A DNA stretch of 36,698 bases, from contig CAYYVK010000002.1 of NCBI GenBank assembly GCA_964475145.1, positions 1 to 36,698 of the forward strand, given 5' to 3'. Source of the DNA: an uncultured archaeon. GTDB taxonomy: Archaea; Aenigmatarchaeota; Aenigmatarchaeia; CG10238-14; SCSR01. The position numbers and the translations under genes were made by a program. Shown here piece after piece: positions 1 to 7,456 of the stretch (positions are counted from its first letter, which is position 1; each line of letters begins with the position of its first letter). The notes beneath the pieces were generated by a model. The model saw only the letters and a program-made list of their open reading frames with translations. It was not told the DNA's origin and searched no databases.

Positions 1-1
1 C

Positions 2-2317
2 TTGCAACAGCTTAGCTATGTAACAAAGACTGCAGCTGGTGCTGGACCTGCTCAACTAACAGGTGGTGTTAGCTTAGACACAGCTGATACTAAGATTTAC
101 TTGACTGATGTAACAAACAAGGCAAAATCAATATTAACAGCAACAGACCTACCAACATTCTTGAAGTCTGGTAGTGTTGAGGACACAGCTGGAACAAAGT
201 ACGAGTATTCACAGTACTTGAAGATAGGTGGGAAGACAATACAGTATGCTCAACCTGATGTAGCATCTGGAATAAAAGATCCAGCTTACCTGATCAAGCT
301 CGGAACATCTCCAAGCGCAGATGCATACTTAGTACAAGGTTGGGTATCTTTCACAAAGCCATTTAATGCAAGTAACGCAGTAGGAAAAGAATTGGTTCTG
401 TTCGGCAAGTCTTTCACGATTTCTGCCGAGACAGACGGCACTAACTTAGTCTTGTTCGGTACAACAGGTAAAGAAACGATACAGGCAGGTGAAACAAAGA
501 CAATAACTGTTGGTACTACTACCTACACAGTACAGGTTGTAGGTATAATAGATCCTTCTAGTGCAGTAATTTCCGTAAATGGGATACAGAAGGAAGTTAG
601 GGAAGGTAACACTTACGACTTTGCAGGAACTTCTGTTTATGTTTCAGATGTATTCTACTACAAGGTGCCTACAGAGACTGGTTCTGTAACAGTCTCTATA
701 GGTGCTGACAGGTATGTGTTTACAAACGGATATGCAATAAAGAGAGGACCTGCTGGTAACGAAGAAGAAGTAAAAGGAACTTCCGTGAGCTTGGCAGCAT
801 CACCACAAGCATTGAGCGACTTGAAGGTATCGTTCGATGCTTACACAGCATCACCAGCAGTTGACTACATAAAAGCAGGTACTGTTTGGACAGATCCAGT
901 GTTTGGAATTAAGGTAGCTTACAACGGGCCTGCTACAACAGATTCGGAAGAGATAACAATAACACCTGGTGCAACGAACTACTATACAATAGCATTCACA
1001 GACAAGTACGGAAAGTCAGGAACAGTTTCTTGGGCCTATGATGCAGACCCTGCTTCGGCAGGTGGAGAAACACTTGCTGATTCAGCAGGGAATGCCATAC
1101 ATGTTGTGGAGGGCGAAGATGCAGCTGTGAACGAGTATGTGTTCGTTTCAGCAGGCAACTTCCCACACATGTTGAAGGTTATAAGCCTAGAGACTGGTGT
1201 AGCAACACAAAAAGTAACTTTCAAGGATGTTTTCTCAGGAACTGAATACAAGGCAACAAACAGCACAGGACCAACAACAGGCATGTTGGTGATAGACGGC
1301 CAACAGTACACAGTAACGTTTGGTACCAATAAAGTTTCTATCAAGGACAGCGATGATTCAAAGACATACGTATATCCAGCATTGGAGACTAAGTACGGAG
1401 CTAAGATAGCATTTACAAAGCCCGTGAACATACCGAACGGTACAACAGTAATCTTCCCAACAGGTGAGAAGACAATAACATGTACTGGAACTGATGAAGA
1501 TGCAACACCAAGTGGTAGTCGAGTTAAGTACAACATGACTTCCATTGGTAGTGGTGTATGTACAGTAGAATTGGCTAGTACAGATTATCCTGCAGTATTG
1601 GTGGTAGAAGAACAGATAAAGGATGCACCAGTTAGAGATGCAATGATATTCTACGTGTCGGATGATGCAGCAAATGACAAGAGACTAGAGTTAGCTTCGC
1701 CTGTCTTTACACATGCATCCGACAACGCTTACACAAGCGTTGGTACAGCTTCTACCACAGTCAGCCATTCAGTAACAGAATGGGGTACTAAGGTTGTTTA
1801 CGACAGCACAGCAGCAGGCACAGCTACAATAACATATCCAGACACACAAGTCTATCATCTAGTAGCAGTTGGTGAGAACCCACAATTCACAACCACAGCA
1901 GCTGGTGTAACTTACAACGAAGCTGCACCTTTGTTACAATCCATAGCAAAGCTAGACACAGAGATAATGGATTACCAAGGTAACATAGTAGATACAGCTG
2001 CAGTAAGCAATTACCACTTAGTCTTGGTAGGTGGACCATGCGTGAACGTCCTTGCATGGAAGCTTGTCCAAGACGGCAAGCTTAGTTCGAACTATGCATG
2101 TGGAGGTCCCGCATGGACACCTGGTACAGCATACGTAATAGCAGTAGACAATGCCTTTGCAACTGGTAAGATAGCTTTACTAGTTGCAGGTACAACTGCA
2201 GCAGACACAAAGTTGGCAACAGACGTTTTGTCACAAGGAAAGATTCCAGCAACTTACACTGGAAGTTCGGCAAAGATAACTGGAACTATCGCCAGTCCAA
2301 CCATAACACCGGTATAA
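2..2317 (+). CDS. Surface (S-layer-like) protein, 5'-partial
   Basis: The frame is open from nt 2, so the true start lies outside the window. The 771 aa are rich in Thr/Ala/Gly/Val/Ser, have only 4 Cys and no TM segment. The C-terminal block HLVLVGGPCVNVLAWKLV resembles the VGGPxVN block I recall from euryarchaeal S-layer proteins. A hairpin plus T-run follows the stop. Homology was not computed. Confidence 0.55.
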   Translation: MQQLSYVTKTAAGAGPAQLTGGVSLDTADTKIYLTDVTNKAKSILTATDLPTFLKSGSVEDTAGTKYEYSQYLKIGGKTIQYAQPDVASGIKDPAYLIKLGTSPSADAYLVQGWVSFTKPFNASNAVGKELVLFGKSFTISAETDGTNLVLFGTTGKETIQAGETKTITVGTTTYTVQVVGIIDPSSAVISVNGIQKEVREGNTYDFAGTSVYVSDVFYYKVPTETGSVTVSIGADRYVFTNGYAIKRGPAGNEEEVKGTSVSLAASPQALSDLKVSFDAYTASPAVDYIKAGTVWTDPVFGIKVAYNGPATTDSEEITITPGATNYYTIAFTDKYGKSGTVSWAYDADPASAGGETLADSAGNAIHVVEGEDAAVNEYVFVSAGNFPHMLKVISLETGVATQKVTFKDVFSGTEYKATNSTGPTTGMLVIDGQQYTVTFGTNKVSIKDSDDSKTYVYPALETKYGAKIAFTKPVNIPNGTTVIFPTGEKTITCTGTDEDATPSGSRVKYNMTSIGSGVCTVELASTDYPAVLVVEEQIKDAPVRDAMIFYVSDDAANDKRLELASPVFTHASDNAYTSVGTASTTVSHSVTEWGTKVVYDSTAAGTATITYPDTQVYHLVAVGENPQFTTTAAGVTYNEAAPLLQSIAKLDTEIMDYQGNIVDTAAVSNYHLVLVGGPCVNVLAWKLVQDGKLSSNYACGGPAWTPGTAYVIAVDNAFATGKIALLVAGTTAADTKLATDVLSQGKIPATYTGSSAKITGTIASPTITPV

Positions 2318-2329
2318 GCTTAGAAAAAA

Positions 2330-2370
2330 GTTAGGCTTTACTTTGCCTGACTTTCTTTTTCTTTGTTTTT
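2330..2370 (+). terminator. Hairpin plus oligo-T terminator after the surface-protein gene
   Basis: GTTAGGC-8 nt-GCCTGAC forms a 7-bp stem with one G.U pair, followed directly by TTTCTTTTTCTTTGTTTTT. It starts 13 nt after the stop codon. Confidence 0.4.
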
Positions 2371-2418
2371 GTAAAACTTCTCAAAAAGTATAAATTTTGG
2401 TAATCTAAGAATAATTCT

Positions 2419-2970
2419 ATGGCTAAGTATAAGGTAAAGCTGACCAAGAAAAAGTTAGCTTTTGTCTCTCTTTTTGCACTAGTAGCAATTCTTCTTTATT
2501 GGTTTAACTCTTCTAGCCAAGCTCAGAATGTGTATATCTACAAGTATAAAGGAGAGTTGCTATACTTTAGGGCAAACCTAACAGAAGCTTTAAAGGTTCC
2601 GGTATATCCGAACGAAAAAGCTATTTTTGATGCTGTAATGAATGAAAGTGTAAAAAGGATAAACATAACTTTTGTCAATTCCACTGATAATAGCCTAGTA
2701 GCAGTAAACGGATTTGAAGTTTCAAGCAAGCTTTCTACTATATTCTATTTGAACGGTATATACAAGAAGATAAAGGGTTCAGAAGTGGAAAACTACACGT
2801 TAAAAGGAACAGAAGACACGCTTATAATAGCTTTAGTTCCACCAGCCTTAGCTAACAAAACAGAAGTTCGTCTTCAAGATCATGTTATATTTATCTCTGG
2901 AAAAACAGAAAAAGAATTTGACCTGGCAACTATAAAGTTTTTGCTAAGCGTGATGGAGGTGGTTGTCTGA
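2419..2970 (+). CDS. Membrane-anchored or secreted hypothetical protein, sequon-rich
   Basis: Basic N-terminus followed by a hydrophobic anchor (LAFVSLFALVAILLYWF). The soluble part has at least 7 N-x-S/T sequons (NSS, NLT, NES, NIT, NST, NYT, NKT). No family recognised. Confidence 0.5.
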   Translation: MAKYKVKLTKKKLAFVSLFALVAILLYWFNSSSQAQNVYIYKYKGELLYFRANLTEALKVPVYPNEKAIFDAVMNESVKRINITFVNSTDNSLVAVNGFEVSSKLSTIFYLNGIYKKIKGSEVENYTLKGTEDTLIIALVPPALANKTEVRLQDHVIFISGKTEKEFDLATIKFLLSVMEVVV

Positions 2971-2978
2971 ACCCAATA

Positions 2979-3209
2979 TTGCTAATAGCTATCATAGCTG
3001 GTATTCTAGCTGTAGTTGGTGCAGTAGCAGTATTAAACCCAAGCATGCTTAGAATAGCGCCACCAAGCCAAGCCGAAACAACAACTACTCTTCCAGAAAC
3101 AACAACTACAACCCAGCCTTTGGAGACTACAACCTTACCTTTAATCGAGAACGAGACAACAACTACAACTCAACCAGGAGCTTTTTCACCGTCTACAACC
3201 CTAACCTAG
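2979..3209 (+). CDS. Small single-pass membrane protein with Thr-rich tail (paralog 1)
   Basis: TTG start 8 nt after the previous stop. N-terminal TM helix LIAIIAGILAVVGAVAVL, Thr runs (TTTT, TTTTT), and a C-terminus GAFSPSTTLT shared with the next ORF. Confidence 0.5.
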   Translation: MLIAIIAGILAVVGAVAVLNPSMLRIAPPSQAETTTTLPETTTTTQPLETTTLPLIENETTTTTQPGAFSPSTTLT

Positions 3210-3254
3210 GCTTACCGATAGGTATATAAATAATACAAACGAAATATTAAAAAG

Positions 3255-3479
3255 ATGAACATGCCAAAGGTAGACATGAAAAAGAATATGTGGATAATAG
3301 CAATAATAATCGTGCTGATAATAATAATTGCAGTAGTTGCATTCTATCCTGGTGGAGGTCCGCCAGCAACAACTACTACAACAACTACTACAACAACTAC
3401 AACCACAACTCTTCCATATTACCCAACAACAACATTACCGCCAAGTGGAGGCTTTTCACCAACAACAACTCTGACATAA
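3255..3479 (+). CDS. Small single-pass membrane protein with poly-Thr tail (paralog 2)
   Basis: ATG start. TM helix WIIAIIIVLIIIIAVVAF, then PGGGPP, an uninterrupted run of about 15 Thr, and the C-terminus GGFSPTTTLT. ORF 3290..3526 is its out-of-frame Asn-rich shadow. Confidence 0.6.
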   Translation: MNMPKVDMKKNMWIIAIIIVLIIIIAVVAFYPGGGPPATTTTTTTTTTTTTTLPYYPTTTLPPSGGFSPTTTLT

Positions 3480-3530
3480 AAGCTAAGAAAGCAACTTTTG
3501 GTTTTTTTATTCTTTTGTTGTCTTAGCTTT
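3479..3530. terminator. Inverted repeat with internal T-runs between convergent genes
   Basis: AAAGCTAAGA (3479-3488) and TCTTAGCTTT (3521-3530) are perfect 10-nt complementary arms. The loop carries CTTTTGGTTTTTTTATTCTTTTG. Confidence 0.35.
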
Positions 3531-3550
3531 CTATTTAGTGTTGTCTTTTT

Positions 3551-3895
3551 CTAAAGAAGCTTAAGTTTACCAGTAATCTTGTCTATCTTCTCCTCTTCAT
3601 GAGGACCTATTCCTAAGGCAGTAACAGTGCCAGGCTCAAGCTGTGTTAAGCCAGCGTCAACTACTAAAAAGCTTGGTATCTTAGCTCTTCTTGCTTTTTT
3701 CTCTGCTTCTAGAATTTCTTGCAAGCTTGCTTTTAAAACAACCTTTTTCCCACCTTCTTTCATCCATTTTTCTATAGTTTTTCTGTTGCATTTAAGGGCA
3801 GAGCCAAGAGAAGCATGACATGCTTGGGCAACTGCCTTACCAAGCCCCATCTTCAAATCCTTCCTTACCAAGATTACTTGCTTCAACATCTTCAA
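3551..3895 (-). CDS. pth2: Peptidyl-tRNA hydrolase, archaeal/eukaryotic Pth2 type
   Basis: 114 aa. The blocks VRKDLKMGLGKAVAQACHAS and VVDAGLTQLEPGTVTALGIGP are typical of PTH2. Confidence 0.9.
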   Translation of the reverse strand: MKMLKQVILVRKDLKMGLGKAVAQACHASLGSALKCNRKTIEKWMKEGGKKVVLKASLQEILEAEKKARRAKIPSFLVVDAGLTQLEPGTVTALGIGPHEEEKIDKITGKLKLL

Positions 3896-4377
3896 ATCCT
3901 TCCTATAAAAAGAGCAATATAAGGTACCAAGAAGTATCCTGCATAAGCAATAACCAAAGCTTTAAAGATTTTTCCTATTCCAGTTGCTATCAAAAATTTT
4001 CTCACATCATACTTACTAATTCCTGCTAGGATGCCTATGATGTCAAAAGGGAAAGGTATAAAAGCTGTGATAAGAATAGTGAGAAAGCCAGCTTTTTCGA
4101 AAAACTTGACAAAGAATTTTGTTAGTCTAGATTTTTTCACGATTTTAATAGTTCCACCACCTACACCAAGATAGTAGCCTGTAAGTTCTCCAAAAGCTGC
4201 ACCTGTTCCTACTGCTAGGCTAACTAGGAAAGGGTGCAGACCAAAAGCAGGAGTAAAGAAGGTAGCAAGATCTATTGGAAAAGGGAAAAGGATTGTCGAA
4301 GTTGCGATAAAGCCTACTAGGAATATACCAAAGTAAGAAAAGGTTTTTACAAGCCAAAAAAGGATTTCCAAGACCAT
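3892..4377 (-). CDS. DedA/YqaA-like (VTT domain) small membrane protein
   Basis: 161 aa, polytopic. Two FPFP-type re-entrant motifs (ILFPFPIDL and FIPFPFDIIGILAG) and a Gly-rich GELTGYYLG block. It overlaps the pth2 start by 4 nt. Confidence 0.6.
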   Translation of the reverse strand: MVLEILFWLVKTFSYFGIFLVGFIATSTILFPFPIDLATFFTPAFGLHPFLVSLAVGTGAAFGELTGYYLGVGGGTIKIVKKSRLTKFFVKFFEKAGFLTILITAFIPFPFDIIGILAGISKYDVRKFLIATGIGKIFKALVIAYAGYFLVPYIALFIGRI

Positions 4378-4406
4378 AAAGAATAATTAGAGTGTAAATT
4401 ATATAT

Positions 4407-5027
4407 ATGGCATTCGAGTATGAAGGGTTGAAGATAGAATGGTTAGGTCATGCTTCTGTAAAAGTCAGCAATAGAAAAGTACTTTACTTCGATCCTTTCA
4501 GGATTAGCTCAAAAGAAAAAGCAGACTTCATTCTAGTAACTCATGAGCACTTTGATCACTTTAGCATAGAAGACATAAAAAAGATAGCTAAACCAACAAC
4601 TGTAATTTTTGCTTCTAATCAGTGTGAAGTTTCTGGAGAATGGCAAGTCTTCCACTTAAGCCCAGGAGAAGAAAAGAGCTTAGAAGGATTGAAAGTAGAG
4701 GCAATCCCAGCCTACAACATAAATAAGCGCTTTCATCCTAAGAGTGAAGAAAAGCTCGGATATGTTGTTACTCTAGAAGGAAAGAGGTTGTACCATGCAG
4801 GCGACACAGACTTAATTCCTGAGATGTCTTCTCTCAAACAAATAGACGTAGCTTTTCTTCCAGTTGGTGGAACTTATACTATGAATGCAGAGGAGGCAGC
4901 TAAGGCAGCTGAAATAATAAAGCCGAAAGTTGCAGTACCAATCCATTATGGTAGTATAGTAGGTAGCAAAAAGGATGCAGAAAGGTTCAAAGCTTTAGTT
5001 AAAACAGCAAAAGTTTATTCGGGCTAA
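4407..5027 (+). CDS. Metallo-beta-lactamase-fold hydrolase (UPF0173-like)
   Basis: 206 aa with an H-x-H-x-D-H motif (THEHFDH), a later HAGDT block and IHYG. The size matches the small archaeal MBL hydrolases. Confidence 0.8.
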   Translation: MAFEYEGLKIEWLGHASVKVSNRKVLYFDPFRISSKEKADFILVTHEHFDHFSIEDIKKIAKPTTVIFASNQCEVSGEWQVFHLSPGEEKSLEGLKVEAIPAYNINKRFHPKSEEKLGYVVTLEGKRLYHAGDTDLIPEMSSLKQIDVAFLPVGGTYTMNAEEAAKAAEIIKPKVAVPIHYGSIVGSKKDAERFKALVKTAKVYSG

Positions 5028-5133
5028 GGAGAAGCAGAACAGGGAAGTTTTCATTCCCACTCATGTAATTATATAAACACATTTCTACACTTCTGTGCAA
5101 AACAAATTATACTTAAAAAAACAAATTTATTTT

Positions 5134-5667
5134 ATGCGTCTCCTTATAGTCTTGTCAAACGGGTTTGAAGACATAGAAGCTTTTACTGTTGTAGACGTGC
5201 TAAGAAGGGCTGGTATATCCATAGACACAGTAGGAATTCCTGGAACAATGATAACAAGCAAAAGTGGCATAAGGATAACTACAGATAAGAAGTTTTCTGA
5301 GATAAATCCTGACGAGTATGACGGGATAATCCTTCCTGGTGGTGAAGAGAACGTGAAAAACTTGAGCAATCATTTGCCATTACTTTCTGCTTTAGAAAGA
5401 TTTAATTCAAAGGGTAAGCTGATAGCTGCTATATGTGCTGCTCCTACAATCTTGGCTAAGCTAGGTATGCTGAGGGACAAGAAAGCAACGGTATATCCTG
5501 GATTGGAAAAGGTCCTTTCTTATCCTAGGGCTGAAAAGGTTGTTGTAGACGGCAATATTATAACCTCCCAAGGGCCTGGAACTGCTTTAGAGTTTGCATT
5601 GAAGATAGTTGAAGTTTTATTAGGCCAAAACAAAGCACTTTTGTTAAGGAAGTCTTTGGTTGCTTAA
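5134..5667 (+). CDS. DJ-1/PfpI/ThiJ family protein
   Basis: I prefer the ATG at 5134 (MRLLIVLSNGFED) over the GTG at 5095. Nucleophile elbow AAICAAP, plus ILPGG and ITSQGPGTALEF. Confidence 0.85.
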   Translation: MRLLIVLSNGFEDIEAFTVVDVLRRAGISIDTVGIPGTMITSKSGIRITTDKKFSEINPDEYDGIILPGGEENVKNLSNHLPLLSALERFNSKGKLIAAICAAPTILAKLGMLRDKKATVYPGLEKVLSYPRAEKVVVDGNIITSQGPGTALEFALKIVEVLLGQNKALLLRKSLVA

Positions 5668-5761
5668 AAATGACAAAAATTCGGTAGAGAGAAAGATTTA
5701 GAAGAAATATCAAAAAGATTAGTAATGAAAAAAGAAGAAATAGCCAGTTTTTTGGAAAATG

Positions 5762-5785
5762 AAGCAGAAAATAGATTTTCTGCTT
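5762..5785 (+). terminator. Perfect 10-bp hairpin in the DJ-1 downstream spacer
   Basis: AAGCAGAAAA-TAGA-TTTTCTGCTT followed by TT, about 95 nt after the DJ-1 stop. Its function as a terminator is assumed. Confidence 0.3.
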
Positions 5786-5855
5786 TTAAGAAGTAACCAC
5801 AAACTTTAAGTATCATGGTTTTATAAGATATGTTAACAAAATAGGTACCTTTACC

Positions 5856-6281
5856 ATGCCAAGGAAGCGAACAAGAATGAAGAAACCTAAGCTAAGGAAG
5901 TATGAAAGGATGGTAAAGCTGAGGAAAAGGGTAGTAGAAGTTTTATCTCCACCTACACTAGTCCTTTTTGGCTTTCTAGTAAGAGTTTTCTTATCTTTTA
6001 CTTCTCTGATAAAGGCAATTCTGCTATCCTGGGGTGCTATAGACGGTATTATTTCAAACTACCTTTACAAGCATGAAAAGTTCTTCCCCTACCAGTTCAT
6101 AAGGTATGGGAGGATAGTCGCAAACCTAGCTTGGGTAGTAAGCCCGATAATACCAATTGTATGGAACATAGGAGACGGAATTTATTCCTTGCACATATAC
6201 AGTAAAGCAGAAGGGATAGAAAACTTGTCAAGGTACGGAAGAATTTTGAACGGCGGGCTGCTGGCTCTGCTTACTTTCTAA
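5856..6281 (+). CDS. Hypothetical membrane protein with basic N-terminus
   Basis: 141 aa. A Lys/Arg-rich first 35 aa is followed by 3-4 hydrophobic segments. No family recognised. Confidence 0.4.
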   Translation: MPRKRTRMKKPKLRKYERMVKLRKRVVEVLSPPTLVLFGFLVRVFLSFTSLIKAILLSWGAIDGIISNYLYKHEKFFPYQFIRYGRIVANLAWVVSPIIPIVWNIGDGIYSLHIYSKAEGIENLSRYGRILNGGLLALLTF

Positions 6282-6341
6282 GATGCAATTTTTTAAAAGG
6301 TATAAGGAATAATTTAGTATAGACAGCCCCGTCGTCTAGCG

Positions 6342-6355
6342 GTCAAGGATAGTGC
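6342..6355 (+). other. Second 14-nt intervening sequence at position 26/27
   Basis: The stretch GTGCAACCCTGAAG (or the one-nt-shifted AGTGCAACCCTGAA) lies between the D-stem 3' strand and the anticodon stem and cannot be fitted into a cloverleaf. I could draw only a relaxed BHB. Confidence 0.5.
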
Positions 6356-6366
6356 AACCCTGAAGT

Positions 6367-6403
6367 TGGGCTTTGGATCTTCCAAAGCACTGAACAAAAG
6401 ATG
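6367..6403 (+). other. Canonical 37/38 tRNA intron with a strict BHB motif
   Basis: Central 4-bp helix CTTT(6361-64)/GAAG(6398-6401). 3-nt bulges GG|A and AA|A. Outer helix TCTTC(6368-72)/GAAGA(6393-97). Anticodon stem TTGGG/CCCAA. Confidence 0.75.
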
Positions 6404-6461
6404 AAGAGAAGAAACCCAAAGACGCCAGTTCGAATCTGGCCGGGGCTATCCGAGTGATAGA

Positions 6462-6869
6462 ATGTTTTTAGAGTTTTTGGTAGGAGTTCTTCTAGTATTG
6501 GTAGCATACTTTGCTTACAAGAATTTGGAATGGAAGTACAAGTTTGAGAAAAGAGTTAAAGAGTTTTTGGAAAAAGAGGAAGAAAGGATAAGAGAGGATG
6601 CAATAGCAAGGAGTGCACGCACACTTTCTGGCAAGATTTTAGAAAAGCTTGTACCTTTTCTTGAAAAGTTTAAGCACGATCCACATGATGTGAGGTGGAT
6701 TGGAGATCCGATAGACTTAGTGATATTTGATGGATATGCAAGCGGTAAACCTGAGGAAATAGTTTTTTGTGAAGTCAAGTCTGGAAAAAGCAAGCTGAGC
6801 AAACTACAATCTTCTGTAAAAGAATTGGTTGAAAAGAAGAAAGTTAAGTGGGAAGAATTCAAAATATAA
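6462..6869 (+). CDS. Membrane-anchored PD-(D/E)xK nuclease related to Holliday-junction resolvase (COG4741-like)
   Basis: N-terminal TM helix (FLEFLVGVLLVLVAYFAY), a charged helix, then GDPIDLVIFDG...VFCEVKSGKSKLS, which gives a D...E-x-K signature. Confidence 0.55.
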   Translation: MFLEFLVGVLLVLVAYFAYKNLEWKYKFEKRVKEFLEKEEERIREDAIARSARTLSGKILEKLVPFLEKFKHDPHDVRWIGDPIDLVIFDGYASGKPEEIVFCEVKSGKSKLSKLQSSVKELVEKKKVKWEEFKI

Positions 6870-6896
6870 ATTTACGGTTACTTAAAAATTGATAAG

Positions 6897-7010
6897 ATGG
6901 AAAACACAATCGATCCAACAATATTCTTGCTTGTTTTGCTAGTATTAATTTTCTTAATCCTTGGACTTTGGTTACTGATAAAGAAAAGTGAAGGCAGCAA
7001 GTATTTTTAA
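6897..7010 (+). CDS. Micro-ORF encoding a 37-aa single-TM peptide
   Basis: MENTIDPTIFLLVLLVLIFLILGLWLLIKKSEGSKYF, starting 28 nt after the previous stop. Below the ORF-track cutoff and found by eye. Confidence 0.3.
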   Translation: MENTIDPTIFLLVLLVLIFLILGLWLLIKKSEGSKYF

Positions 7011-7086
7011 AGAAGGAAAAGAAGAAGGAAAGAAATCGTAGTTTTTAGGCCAGAAGAATTTTTAACACTTCTTCTTTTTCTTCTTT
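7009..7086. repeat. 19-bp homopurine/homopyrimidine inverted repeat
   Basis: AAAGAAGGAAAAGAAGAAG (7009-7027) pairs with CTTCTTCTTTTTCTTCTTT (7068-7086): 18 Watson-Crick pairs plus one G.T, with a 40-nt loop. The left arm starts inside the micro-ORF stop codon. Confidence 0.6.
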
Positions 7087-7218
7087 GCCACTTCTTTTCT
7101 CACCTCTTCAAATATTTTTATTTAAAAATGAGAGAAAGTTTTTAAAAAATTATATGAACTTTTTTATATATTTTTCATAATTGATATGCATCTTATACTT
7201 TTAAACTAAATCTATTAA

Positions 7219-7456
7219 ATGAAGAAAGATAAAAATTTCTGCGACTTTTATAGGTAAGTGTTCTGTCTGCGGTAAAACAACAAAAGTTTTTTCTGCAGGA
7301 GACGAAGATAGTGGGAAAGTAGTGAACGTGTGCGAAGATTGTGCAAGAAAGTTTGACGAGACAAAAACTTCAGAAATGATTGAAGAATTTGGCGAAGAAG
7401 ATCGAGAAGCTCTTGGGAGTGGAGTTAAAATAGTTAGTAACAAAAAACAATCTTGA
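7219..7456 (+). pseudogene. Small zinc-ribbon protein gene needing a +1 frame change at a T4 run
   Basis: The ATG at 7219 gives MKKDKNFCDFYR then a stop. The +1 frame continues as (F)IGKCSVCGKTTKVFSAGDEDSGKVVNVCEDCARKFDETKTSEMIEEFGEEDREALGSGVKIVSNKKQS to the TGA at 7454. That frame has no ATG/GTG/TTG start of its own. Confidence 0.45.

Larger units (their letters stand above)
6315..6438 (+). tRNA. tRNA-Gln(UUG) with two intervening sequences
   Basis: Acceptor AGCCCCG/CGGGGCT plus A73. D arm GTCT-AGCGGTCAA-GGAT. T arm GCCAG-TTCGAAT-CTGGC. Anticodon arm TTGGG-CTTTGGA-CCCAA. The mature length of 73 nt requires removing 6367-6403 and about 14 nt at 6341/42-6354/55. No CCA is encoded. Confidence 0.8.

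Noticed and set aside
1036-2273. Minus-strand ORFs (169 aa and 63 aa) inside the S-layer-like gene.
   Set aside because: They are antisense to a long, compositionally coherent ORF, and there is no independent support.
3290-3526. A 78-aa Asn-rich ORF overlapping the poly-Thr gene in another frame.
   Set aside because: It is the out-of-frame reading of the ACA/ACT repeat. The Thr frame has a proper TM helix and shares its C-terminus with the upstream paralog.
5095-5133. A GTG-initiated 13-codon N-terminal extension of the DJ-1 family gene.
   Set aside because: The extension (MQNKLYLKKQIYF) is not part of the family fold. The ATG at 5134 gives the typical M-R-x-L-I-V-L start.
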